Shown in pieces: positions 26,562-35,639 of a stretch of 64,000 bases of DNA. Origin of the DNA: Acidobacteriota bacterium (GTDB lineage Bacteria; Acidobacteriota; Thermoanaerobaculia; Multivoradales; SZUA-115); NCBI GenBank assembly GCA_024277255.1, contig JAJRVQ010000197.1:40991-104990 (forward strand), written 5' to 3'. The translations under genes were made by a program, and so were the position numbers. The number at the start of each line of letters is the position of its first letter. Within the stretch, counting starts at the first letter, position 1. The notes beneath the pieces were generated by a model. That model was not told the origin of the DNA. It saw nothing but the letters and a program-made list of their open reading frames with translations, and did not search any database.

Positions 26562-27845
26562 ATGGCTTACCTTGTTCTTCAGATCCTATTGTGTCTCTTC
26601 CTTGCCGCTCTTCTGGGGGGCATCATCGGTTGGCTGTGGAAATCGATCTTCTGCAAGCGGCTGATCGACGAAGCCGAGAGCCGCGCCGCCCTCCTGCACG
26701 GCGACCTCGAACGGGCCAACGCAACCCTCGGCGCCACCAGGCAGGAGTTGGCGACAACCCAAGACCATCTCAGCGCCGCGCAAAGCTCGCTCGACGAGCG
26801 CGACGCGGAGCTGGCGAGCCGCAACGGCTTCATTGCACAGCTCGAATCCAAGCTCGGCGAGCAGGAGGCCAGCCACCGAGAGGCGACCGCCGCCGCGGCC
26901 GCCGCCCTGGCCGCGGCGCAGAAAGAGTTGCAAGAGCTGACGGCGCGCCACGACCAGCTGCAAACCGAGAGTGCCGGCGAGGCCGAAACGCTGCGTGCTC
27001 AGCTCACCGCGGCTGAATCCGGATTCAAGGACTCTCTGGCCACCGCCGAGAAGCAACACGCGGAGGCTCTGGCCGCCGCCGAGACCGGCCACCGGGAAGC
27101 TCTAGCTGCCTGCCGGAGCCAGCTGGAAGGGCGAGGCGTTGAACTCAACACGGCCAACTCCAGGGTCGCCGACCTCGAAGCCCAGCTCGACGCCATCCGG
27201 ACGAGTCGCCAGGAAAGCGAGCAGAGATGGCGAGATCAACTCGCGGCAGCCGAACAGGCAGGCGCTGACGCGACAGCCCGGGCGTCGGCAAGCGACGGTC
27301 GAATCCAGGCCCTGGTCGCCGATCTCGATAGCCGCGATCAGAAGCTCGTCGGCTACGAGCAGCAGCTCGGCCAGTTGGAGAGCGCTCGGGCGAGAATCAC
27401 TCAGCTGGAAGGCCAACTGGCCGGCCACGCCGAGTCCGAAGCCGGCTGGCGCGACCGGCTGCACCGCTGCCAAACGATGAACCAAGAGAAAGAGGATCGC
27501 ATCGCGGAACTCGAAGAGAGGTTGGCGGCCCCGGTTCCGACACCGGTACCGGCTCCGGCACGGTTCGTCATGCCCACCGCCGCTGAAGCTGCCGCGGCCG
27601 CCGAGCGCGGCGAGCGGCCGGACGAGATCGACGACCTCAAGATGATCTACGGCGTCGGGCCGGTTCTAGAAGAGATGCTCCACGGCCTGGGCATCTTCAC
27701 CTTCCGCCAGGTCGCCCACTGGACCCAGGAAGACATCGAATGGGTCGAATCCAAACTAGATGCCTTCAACGGCCGCATCGAAAGAGACAACTGGAGAGCC
27801 GGCGCCCGCAAGGAACACCGCGAGAAGTACGGCGAGGAAGCATAG
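26562..27845 (+). CDS. membrane-anchored coiled-coil protein with C-terminal helix-hairpin-helix-like domain
   Basis: GGGAG SD. N-terminal TM. About 300 aa of Ala/Glu/Gln-rich coiled coil. C-terminus DDLKMIYGVGPVLEEMLHGLGIFTFRQVAHWTQEDIEWVESKLDAFNGRIERDNW. Confidence 0.7.
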   Translation: MAYLVLQILLCLFLAALLGGIIGWLWKSIFCKRLIDEAESRAALLHGDLERANATLGATRQELATTQDHLSAAQSSLDERDAELASRNGFIAQLESKLGEQEASHREATAAAAAALAAAQKELQELTARHDQLQTESAGEAETLRAQLTAAESGFKDSLATAEKQHAEALAAAETGHREALAACRSQLEGRGVELNTANSRVADLEAQLDAIRTSRQESEQRWRDQLAAAEQAGADATARASASDGRIQALVADLDSRDQKLVGYEQQLGQLESARARITQLEGQLAGHAESEAGWRDRLHRCQTMNQEKEDRIAELEERLAAPVPTPVPAPARFVMPTAAEAAAAAERGERPDEIDDLKMIYGVGPVLEEMLHGLGIFTFRQVAHWTQEDIEWVESKLDAFNGRIERDNWRAGARKEHREKYGEEA

Positions 27846-27851
27846 ACGGTC

Positions 27852-27885
27852 CTATTTCGGGGGGCTCGGTAGCCCCCCGAAATAG
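27852..27885. terminator. bidirectional hairpin between convergent genes
   Basis: CTATTTCGGGGGGCT-CGGT-AGCCCCCCGAAATAG, a perfect 15-bp stem between stops at 27845 (+) and 27894 (-). Confidence 0.65.
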
Positions 27886-27893
27886 CCACCGTG

Positions 27894-30677
27894 CTAGCGG
27901 CGTCTGCGGTTGGCGCCGAAGGTGATCACCATCTCCACCCTCCGCCCGTCGCGCTCGACCACCGCGGTCACCTTCTGCCCCGGCTTGGCCTGGCGCAGGA
28001 TGTAGACGAAATCGTAGATATCGCCGATCTCCTTGCTGGCCAGTTCGACCAGCAGATCGCCGCGCTGCAAGCCGGCTTGTTCCGCCGGACTTCCGGGACG
28101 TACACCGTTGAGCAGGACGCCTTTCACCCCTTCCCCGGCTCCCGCATAGTCGGGAATCGTTCCCAGCGAGGCACCGTAGGTGCGGGTATCGCCACGCGGC
28201 GGAGGTGCGGCGGAGGCCTTGTAGGTCAGCGGATCGCCGCGCTGTGCCAATTCGGCCGCCACGCTGGCCGCCAGCCAGGCGGTGCGCGCACCACCGGCGG
28301 CGTTGATCAGGTCGGAGTCGTCCGAGGGCTTGTGATACTGGTCATGAACGCCGGTAAACAGGTGCAACACCGGAACTCCCGCGGCGTAGAAGGGCGTTTG
28401 ATCCGAAGCGCCGTAGCCGTCGCCGCTGAGCTGGCAGTCGACGCCCAACTCCACGCACAGCGACGGCACCATGGCGTCCCACTCTTCGGCCGACTCACTG
28501 CCGAGAATGGACAGATGGTTGCCGCGCATGCGACCGACCATATCCATGTTGATCATCGCCAACAGCTTGTCGGGATCGAGACCGGCGAGAGGATGGCGGG
28601 TCAGATAGGTCGAGCCGAGCAAACCCGATTCCTCGCCCGAGAAGGCGACGAAGTAGAGATCGCGCTCCAAGCTCTCACGCTTGGCCACCAGCTGTCGCGC
28701 CGCTTCGAGCAGCGCCGAGGTGCCCGATGCGTTGTCGTCGGCACCGTTGTGCGGCTCGTTGCTGTCCGGGGCCAGAGAGTTGGGACCGCCGAGGCCCAGG
28801 TGATCGTAGTGCGCGCCGATGACCACCGCGCCTCGCTGCTCCTCGTTGTTGGCTGCCAAACGGCCGACGACGTTGAAGGCCTTCTCCCGGCGGGCGATCA
28901 GTTCCACGCTCAATTTCACCTGTTTGCCGCCGTCGAACAACGAGGCTCCCGCCTCACGGGTCAGGGTGACGACCGGCAAGCCGGCATCACCTCCGAGATC
29001 GACCACCAGCTTCGGAAGAGGGACCTCCTCGGGCATCTCCTCGCCTTCCGCCACGACGGGTAGGTCGACCATGATCACGCCGGCAGCACCGTTCTCGCGA
29101 GCGGTGAAGGCCTTGAGGCGCAGATCGCTCAGGCTGCGCTGGACGGCGTCATCGTCGAACGGAGGACCGTCCGGAGTAAAGCGCCGTACCAGAGCGATCT
29201 TGCCCTTGACGTCGATACCGGCGTAGTCGTCGACCCCGTGTTCCTGCGAGGTGATGCCGTAGCCGACCGGGACCACTTCGCCGGCCACCTGGCCGGAAGC
29301 GGAGAAGGCCGCCGGTAGCCATTGATCGGCCGGGACCGCGGTGTCGTCGATCACCACGGAACTCGTCTCACCCACGTCGATCGCCGCCACCACCTCGAAA
29401 GGCTGCCGGTAGCCACCGTCGGCCCCGGCCGGTTCGAGCCCGATCTCGGCAAAGCGCTGGGCCAGCCAGGCGCCGGCCACCTCGATACCCTGGGTACCGA
29501 TGCCGCGCCCTTGACGAGCGTCGTCGGCCAGCCAGGTGACATCGGCCAGGAAGCGGTCCGCCGCCGTCTCCTCATGCTCGCCCTCGCCGTTGACCCCATC
29601 TCCATCAACCCAACGAGCCAAGAAGAGGTTGGTGTCGCGCGGCGCGGCGTTGTTTCGGTTCGAGCTGAAGGAGAGCCACTTGCCGTCCGGCGAGAAGACT
29701 GGAAACCCGTCAAATTCCGGGCTGTGCGTAATCTGCTCCAACCCGGTCCCATCGGTATTGATCGCCCAGATATCGAACTCTCGGCCGTGCGGATCGCCGT
29801 AGTTGCTCGAGAAGATGATGCGCTCGCCGGAAGGAAAGAAATAGGGCGCGAAGGAAGCGGCGTCGAGATAGGTCACCTGCCGCGCATCCGTACCGTCGGC
29901 ATCGGCGACCCACAATTCGAGCTTGCTCGGGCGAACCAAGTTCTGCGCCAGCAGGCGGCGGAAATCCTCCTGCTCCTCGCCCTTGTGCGGCCGCGAGGCC
30001 CGCCAGACGATGCGCGAGCAATCGGATGAGAAGAAAGCGCCGCCGTCGTAGCCCGGAGCATCGGTGAGCCGGCGGACGTTGCTGCCATCGCTGTCCATAC
30101 GGTAGAGATCAAGGTCACCGTCGCGAGTCGAAGTGAAGATGATCGAGCCGTCGAGCGGACAGACGGTCGCCTCCGCATCGTAGAAATCGTTGTCGGTCAG
30201 GGCCTTGAGGTCGGAACCATCCGGCAAGGCGGTGTAGATCTCAAACTCCTTGTAGAGCGGCCACACGTAGCCCTGCGAGTGATCCGGCGTCGGCGGACAA
30301 CCGGCCGCCGCCTCGTGGGTGGAGGAGTAGATGATGCGATCGGCCCGTGGATAGGTGAAGTAGGCACAGGTCGTTCGACCCTGGCCGGTAGAAATCAGCT
30401 GCGCCTCGCCGGGATCCGAAAGTGGAAGGCGGAAGATCTGATCGCACCCATAGGGTGGTCGCGTCGTCTGGAAGATCAGCTCCGTGCCGTCGGGTGACCA
30501 ATAGGCTTCGGCATTCTCGCCGCCGAAGGTGAGCTGGCGCAGTTGCCCCAAGTGAACTTCCTCGGCGCTGGCGAGCGTCGAGCTGTTCTCATCGCCCTGC
30601 GCCGGCAGCGCCGCGCAGACCCACAAGAACGCTACGGCAACCAAAAGGAAACGACTCTGCTCGAAACGGTGCATCAT
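27894..30677 (-). CDS. secreted fusion protein: TolB-like PD40 beta-propeller + PA + M28 peptidase + C-terminal PDZ
   Basis: Start at ATGATG 30677, then a signal peptide. PD40-like repeats (AYWSPDGTELIF, PVFSPDGKWLSFSSNR). M28 (GAHYDHLG..., NGADDNASG, VAFSGEESGLLGS, DQYHKPSD). PDZ (GVLLNGVRPGSPAEQAGLQRGDLLVELA). Confidence 0.85.
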   Translation of the reverse strand: MMHRFEQSRFLLVAVAFLWVCAALPAQGDENSSTLASAEEVHLGQLRQLTFGGENAEAYWSPDGTELIFQTTRPPYGCDQIFRLPLSDPGEAQLISTGQGRTTCAYFTYPRADRIIYSSTHEAAAGCPPTPDHSQGYVWPLYKEFEIYTALPDGSDLKALTDNDFYDAEATVCPLDGSIIFTSTRDGDLDLYRMDSDGSNVRRLTDAPGYDGGAFFSSDCSRIVWRASRPHKGEEQEDFRRLLAQNLVRPSKLELWVADADGTDARQVTYLDAASFAPYFFPSGERIIFSSNYGDPHGREFDIWAINTDGTGLEQITHSPEFDGFPVFSPDGKWLSFSSNRNNAAPRDTNLFLARWVDGDGVNGEGEHEETAADRFLADVTWLADDARQGRGIGTQGIEVAGAWLAQRFAEIGLEPAGADGGYRQPFEVVAAIDVGETSSVVIDDTAVPADQWLPAAFSASGQVAGEVVPVGYGITSQEHGVDDYAGIDVKGKIALVRRFTPDGPPFDDDAVQRSLSDLRLKAFTARENGAAGVIMVDLPVVAEGEEMPEEVPLPKLVVDLGGDAGLPVVTLTREAGASLFDGGKQVKLSVELIARREKAFNVVGRLAANNEEQRGAVVIGAHYDHLGLGGPNSLAPDSNEPHNGADDNASGTSALLEAARQLVAKRESLERDLYFVAFSGEESGLLGSTYLTRHPLAGLDPDKLLAMINMDMVGRMRGNHLSILGSESAEEWDAMVPSLCVELGVDCQLSGDGYGASDQTPFYAAGVPVLHLFTGVHDQYHKPSDDSDLINAAGGARTAWLAASVAAELAQRGDPLTYKASAAPPPRGDTRTYGASLGTIPDYAGAGEGVKGVLLNGVRPGSPAEQAGLQRGDLLVELASKEIGDIYDFVYILRQAKPGQKVTAVVERDGRRVEMVITFGANRRRR

Positions 30678-30709
30678 GGTAGTAGCCCCCGAACTAGGTT
30701 CATGAAAAA

Positions 30710-31723
30710 TCAAGCTCCGGCTTCGGCGATGAACTGGGCGAAGTCGGCGAGACGGGAAGAATAGCCCCATTCGTTGTCGTACCAGGAAAGGACTTTGGCT
30801 ACCCGATCACCGAGGACCATCGTGCTTTCGGTGTCGACGATCGAGGAGTGGGGATCTCCGAGGATGTCACTGGACACCAACGCCTCACCGGTGACCCTTA
30901 GGATGCCTTTGAGCGGCGCCTTGCCGGCCGCCTCTTCGAGTGCAGCATTGACCGACTCGACGGTGACATCGGATTGCAGGTTGGCCACGATGTCGGTAAT
31001 CGAACCGTCCGGAACCGGCACACGCAGGGCGAGGCCGTCCATCTTGCCGGCCAACTCCGGGAGGACAACTCCGGCGGCTTGCGCGGCACCGGTGGTGGTC
31101 GGCACAATCGACATCGCCGCCGCCCGACCGCGCCGGCGCTTGCGGGTCGGCCGATCGGTCAAAGACTGGCTGGAGGTGTAGGAGTGAACGGTGGTGATCA
31201 TCAAGTGATCGACCCCGAAGGCCTCGTGCAGTACCTTGGCCACCGGCGCCAGACAGTTGGTCGTACAGGAGGCCATCGACACCACCCTATGCTTGGCCGG
31301 GTCGTAGGTGTCGCCGTTGACTCCCAGAACGAACATGCCGTCAGCATCCGGCGACGGTGCCGAGATGATCACCCGCTTGGCGCCTCCCGCCAGGTGCAAC
31401 GCCGCTCGCTCGCGGGCGCGGAAGGCTCCGGTGCTCTCGATGACGATGTCCGTACCCAACTCGCCCCAGGGCAGCTCGGAGGGATCTTTCTCGCCGAAGA
31501 ACGGAATCTCCCGATCCCCCACGTTCAACTTCGAGCCGTTGGCGGTGACCTTCTTGGCGTACCAGCCGTGCACCGAGTCGTACTTCAGCAGGTAGGCCAG
31601 ATCGTCGAGCGAGGCGAGATCGTTGACCGCGACCACGCGCACACCGGGCCGCTCCAGCAAGTTCTTGAAGACACACCGGCCGATGCGCCCGAAACCGTTG
31701 ATGCCAATGCGGATATCCGCCAT
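30710..31723 (-). CDS. gap: type I glyceraldehyde-3-phosphate dehydrogenase
   Basis: IGINGFGRIGR, SCTTNCLAP, WYDNEWGYS. AAGGAG SD. Confidence 0.92.
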   Translation of the reverse strand: MADIRIGINGFGRIGRCVFKNLLERPGVRVVAVNDLASLDDLAYLLKYDSVHGWYAKKVTANGSKLNVGDREIPFFGEKDPSELPWGELGTDIVIESTGAFRARERAALHLAGGAKRVIISAPSPDADGMFVLGVNGDTYDPAKHRVVSMASCTTNCLAPVAKVLHEAFGVDHLMITTVHSYTSSQSLTDRPTRKRRRGRAAAMSIVPTTTGAAQAAGVVLPELAGKMDGLALRVPVPDGSITDIVANLQSDVTVESVNAALEEAAGKAPLKGILRVTGEALVSSDILGDPHSSIVDTESTMVLGDRVAKVLSWYDNEWGYSSRLADFAQFIAEAGA

Positions 31724-31810
31724 AGGAAGCTCCTTGAGAGAATCTTAGAAAGGATCGAAGTTAGAGTCGGTGGCCGGATCGAGGTCTCCCCTCCTAGCTA
31801 GCCCCGCGCC

Positions 31811-31839
31811 ATCATCCGTTGCCCGGCCAAGCCTGTCAA
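31811..31839 (-). promoter_or_regulatory. candidate sigma70 promoter TTGACA-N17-GATGAT for gap
   Basis: Minus strand TTGACA (31839..31834) and GATGAT (31816..31811), about 88 nt upstream of the gap ATG. Confidence 0.35.
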
Positions 31840-31846
31840 CGGCTGT

Positions 31847-32440
31847 CTAGGGAGGGTCCGCAAGATCCAGCCGCTTGATGTCTTCCAGCTCTTTGGTGAG
31901 TTGGCGGATCCGGCGCGAACTCTCGGTCAACCTCTTGGCCAGAAGGCGCAATTCCACATCGCGAGCTTCGATCTGGCGATGCAACGTCGCGGTCAGCCCG
32001 TCCGTTTCGGTGGCTGCGGAGTTGGCCATCTCGAGATTGGCCCGCAGCCGGGAAGTCTCAAGCTCGAGCTCCTCCGCTCGTCGCTGCTCCTGCGCCAGGC
32101 GCTGCTGCAAGCGGTGCGCTTGGTCGACCCAGCCGACCAGCGTCTCGGCGCGCAGGCTGTAGCTACTCTGCGGGTACTCGCGGATCAATTGCACGAACAA
32201 CTCGCGGGCCTTGGCCAGATCGTAGCCCGGATTACGACGAATGGCGTAGGAGAAGGCCAGCCGATAGAGCACTCGATCGCGATGGCGCAGCGGTTTATCG
32301 CCGCCCAGCTGCAACGCATACTCCTGCGCCGCCTTGCCGTAGGCTCCCATCTCAAAATAGCGATCGCCCGGCGTTACCATCGACAGGCAAGAGTTCAAGA
32401 CGAGAGTCGAGGCGAGCAACCCCCAAGGCAGTCTCTTCAT
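31847..32440 (-). CDS. lipoprotein with TPR-like (BamD/YbgF-type) N-domain and coiled-coil tail
   Basis: GAGGA SD. Lipobox VLNSC. GDRYFEMGAYGKAAQEY...LIREYPQSSY. Then a heptad-rich C-terminus. Confidence 0.65.
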   Translation of the reverse strand: MKRLPWGLLASTLVLNSCLSMVTPGDRYFEMGAYGKAAQEYALQLGGDKPLRHRDRVLYRLAFSYAIRRNPGYDLAKARELFVQLIREYPQSSYSLRAETLVGWVDQAHRLQQRLAQEQRRAEELELETSRLRANLEMANSAATETDGLTATLHRQIEARDVELRLLAKRLTESSRRIRQLTKELEDIKRLDLADPP

Positions 32441-32460
32441 CAACGTCGATTCCTCAAGTC

Positions 32461-34080
32461 TTACAGCGCCGCCCGCCGGGCGCCTCGTTCGCTGGAGCCG
32501 GCAAGCCGGCGAACGGCCGGAGCGGGGCCGGGAATCAACAGATGGAAACAACTGCCGCCGCCGCTACGGTCGGTGACCCAAAGGGCGCCGCCGTGTGCCT
32601 CGACGATCTCGCCACAGATCGCCAGCCCGAGGCCGACGCCGCCGCGACCGATACGCGCGGTGTTGCTGGCCTGGTGGAACTTTTCGAAGATCGCCTCTTT
32701 CTCACCCTCGGGAACTCCGGGCCCTTCATCTTCGATGGTGATGTAGACAAATCCCCGCGTGCGCGCCGCCGAGCGCACCCGACCGCGGAGTTTCGCCGGC
32801 AGCGACGAAGGCAGCTCGGCCGCCGACTCGATGCTAGCCACCACTCGGCCACCACGGGGAGAGAACTTGACCGCGTTCTCGATCAGATTCTCCAGCACCT
32901 GGATGGTGCGATCCCGATCGCAAGCCGCGATGATGGTCAGTTGTTCTCCCGAAGGTCCCAGTTCCAGGGTCACCTCTTTCTCGCCGGCACGCCGGGTGAC
33001 CGAGGAGATCACGAAGCGCAGCAACTCCACCACATCCTCCGCTTTGAAGTCGAAGGTCATGCCACCGGCCTCGAGGCTGGAGAGATCGAGCAGGTTCGAG
33101 AGCATCGACGACAACCGCCGCCCACCGTCCAGGTTCAGCTCGATCAAGCGGCGCTGCTTGGGGTTGAGAAGACCGGGAATCTCGTCGGCCAGCAACTGAT
33201 TGGTTTCCTGCATGGTCACCAGAGGGCTTCTCAACTCATGGGACACGTGGGCGACAAAGTCCTTTTTCATCTGATCCAGCTGGTCCAGCTTCTCGACCAT
33301 GCGGTTGAAAGAGCTGGCCAGGTGGGTGAACTCATCCTGCCGCGATTCGTCGAAACGGAAATCGAAATGGCCCGAGGCGATCTCCCGCGTACCCTTGGCC
33401 AGCCGCTTGAGGGGAACGTCGATCGACCGCACGGTGAGGAACACTACCAACAAGGAGAGGGCCAGAGCCGAACCGATTCCCCAGCGCGACAGCTCGGTCA
33501 CCCGTTGACTCGAAGTCCGCGCCGCTACAAGTTGCTGGCGCATCGATTCATCGATCGCGTCGGCCAGCGCCAGACACTTCGTTTCAAGCGCGCCGATTCC
33601 GGTCGGCAAGACCAGGGCAGGATCGACCTCGCCGGCGGTTGCCGCGTCGACCGCCACTCCGTACCACGCCGGGTCGTAGCGCAACCGTGCCCAATCCCGG
33701 CGAATAGCGCCGAGCAGTGCCCGCTCACTCCGATAGTCGACCACCGGTGCCTCGCCACTGCCCTCCTCCAAGGTGCTGTCCACCAAGGCTTCGAGTTCAT
33801 CGAGGTACTGCTCAAAGTCCTTGGCGTGCTTGTCGGTACGCTGAAGATAGACAGTCGGGTCCGAGACGACGCCGACCCGGCCGCGGAAGAAGTCGTAGCC
33901 ATCCAGTGAGCGCAACTGGTTGAGCACCAGTCGCGACGCGGTCAGCTGCTTGACCGACAGCCCCTTGTTGCTGCGCACCAGCGTGCGGAAGAGCGACAGC
34001 TGATACAGCAGCACTCCGGCCAGCAGAACGAGGAGCAGCGCCGAACCGCCGGCGACCTTGCTGACGACACGCACGGACAA
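32461..34080 (-). CDS. sensor histidine kinase (2 TM, extracytoplasmic sensor, HAMP, HisKA, HATPase_c)
   Basis: H-box FVAHVSHELRSPL, N-box ENLIENAVKFSP, G-boxes DEGPGVP and GGVGLGLAI. TTG/GTG start is uncertain. Confidence 0.85.
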   Translation of the reverse strand: MSVRVVSKVAGGSALLLVLLAGVLLYQLSLFRTLVRSNKGLSVKQLTASRLVLNQLRSLDGYDFFRGRVGVVSDPTVYLQRTDKHAKDFEQYLDELEALVDSTLEEGSGEAPVVDYRSERALLGAIRRDWARLRYDPAWYGVAVDAATAGEVDPALVLPTGIGALETKCLALADAIDESMRQQLVAARTSSQRVTELSRWGIGSALALSLLVVFLTVRSIDVPLKRLAKGTREIASGHFDFRFDESRQDEFTHLASSFNRMVEKLDQLDQMKKDFVAHVSHELRSPLVTMQETNQLLADEIPGLLNPKQRRLIELNLDGGRRLSSMLSNLLDLSSLEAGGMTFDFKAEDVVELLRFVISSVTRRAGEKEVTLELGPSGEQLTIIAACDRDRTIQVLENLIENAVKFSPRGGRVVASIESAAELPSSLPAKLRGRVRSAARTRGFVYITIEDEGPGVPEGEKEAIFEKFHQASNTARIGRGGVGLGLAICGEIVEAHGGALWVTDRSGGGSCFHLLIPGPAPAVRRLAGSSERGARRAAL

Positions 34081-34104
34081 GCTACCCGACGTTGCCGGCG
34101 GGCC

Positions 34105-35499
34105 TCACGAAACCGCACGCACGCCGTACGCCTTGAGTTTGTTGCGGATCGTCTTGGCGTCGAGGCCCAACTGACGGGCGGCCTCCGCCTTGTTGTTGCC
34201 GACCTGCTGCAGCGTCTCCAAGAGGAGGATCTTCTCGGCCTCCGCCGCGCTCACTCCGGCGGGCAGCACGATGCTGGTACGAGCCGCACCGTCCGGCCGC
34301 CGCACGTAGGGAGGCAGGTGCACCGCCTCCAGCCAGCCACGCCGCGCCAGGATCACTCCGCGCTCGATGACGTTGCGCAGCTCACGGACGTTGCCCGGCC
34401 AAGGATAGCTCTCCAGCAGCGCCGCGGCCTCCCGACTGGCTCCTTCCACTTCAGCCCCGTGCTTGGTGTTGAAGATGTCGACGAAGTGGCGCATCAGAAG
34501 TTCGACGTCTCCCTCGCGCTGGCGCAAGGGCGGCATGTGGATGGTGAAGACATTGAGCCGGTAGAAGAGGTCGCGCCGCAGCACTCCGCTGCGCACCGCC
34601 TCCTCCGGCGAGCGGTTGGTCGCCGCCATCACCCGCACATCAAAGGGGATCTCGCGACGACCGCCGAGCCGGCGCACCGATCCCTCTTCGAGAATGCGCA
34701 GCAACTTGGGCTGCAACTGCGCCGGCATCTCGCCGATCTCATCGAGGAACAGCGTGCCTTTGTCCGCCTGCTCGAAGCAACCGGGCCGCGAACTCAAGGC
34801 GCCGGTAAACGAGCCCCTCTCGTGACCGAAGATCTCGCTCTCGATCAACCCCTCGGGAATCGCCGCGCTGTTGACGGCGATGAAGGGACCCGAGGAGCGA
34901 CCGCCCAGCGAATGGATGGCCTGGGCCACGACCTCTTTGCCGGTGCCGCTCTCCCCGGTGATGATCACCGACGCCTCGTTGGTGGCCAGGGTGCGCACCA
35001 ACTTGAAGACGGCGCGCATCGGTTTGCTCAGGCCGATGATCGGCCCCAGCCCACCTCCCTGCTTGAGCTTGGAGCTGAGCTGCGCCATCTCGCCGCGCTG
35101 CGCCGCTACCTGGCGCAGAGCCCACAGGGTCGACTTGAGCTTCGAGTAGTCGATCGGCTTGGTAAGGAAATCCTGCGCCCCTTCCTTCATCGCTTCCACC
35201 GCCGTGTCGATGCTGCCGTAGGCGGTCATCAACAGGACGGGACGGTCGGGATTGCCCGCCTTCAGACACCGCAGCAGATCGAGCCCCCCCAACTCGGGTA
35301 AGACGACATCGGAGAGCACGACGTCGGGGTCGAGCTTCTCCGCCAGACGGTTCGCCTCCTCACCTGTCGCCGCCAGCGCTACGTCGAAGCCCCACTTCTG
35401 GAGGCGCATTTCGAGCACTTCGCGGATGGCGGCTTCGTCATCGACGACCAGGATTGTGGGGCTGGCCCCTGTCGAACGCAAGCCTCCAGATATCGACAT
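34105..35499 (-). CDS. sigma54-dependent response regulator (NtrC/Fis family bEBP)
   Basis: Receiver ILVVDDE...DVVLSD. AAA+ GESGTGKE, GAFTGA-like GSFTGA, ESELFGHE-like ESEIFGHERG, LFLDEIGEM. C-terminal Fis HTH NKAEAARQLGLDAKTIRNKL. Start is ATG 35499 (alternatives up to 35622). Confidence 0.85.
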   Translation of the reverse strand: MSISGGLRSTGASPTILVVDDEAAIREVLEMRLQKWGFDVALAATGEEANRLAEKLDPDVVLSDVVLPELGGLDLLRCLKAGNPDRPVLLMTAYGSIDTAVEAMKEGAQDFLTKPIDYSKLKSTLWALRQVAAQRGEMAQLSSKLKQGGGLGPIIGLSKPMRAVFKLVRTLATNEASVIITGESGTGKEVVAQAIHSLGGRSSGPFIAVNSAAIPEGLIESEIFGHERGSFTGALSSRPGCFEQADKGTLFLDEIGEMPAQLQPKLLRILEEGSVRRLGGRREIPFDVRVMAATNRSPEEAVRSGVLRRDLFYRLNVFTIHMPPLRQREGDVELLMRHFVDIFNTKHGAEVEGASREAAALLESYPWPGNVRELRNVIERGVILARRGWLEAVHLPPYVRRPDGAARTSIVLPAGVSAAEAEKILLLETLQQVGNNKAEAARQLGLDAKTIRNKLKAYGVRAVS

Positions 35500-35639
35500 T
35501 TGAATTACTCTAGCAGTGTCACGCAAGGGGGCGCAAAGGCTGTCCCGCAACGGTCTGTGAGACGATTCGCGCGGTGGCTGATCTCGCCTCATCATGGCCT
35601 CGTGGTCATCTCTTGCGGACAACTCTCACCGGACAACAC

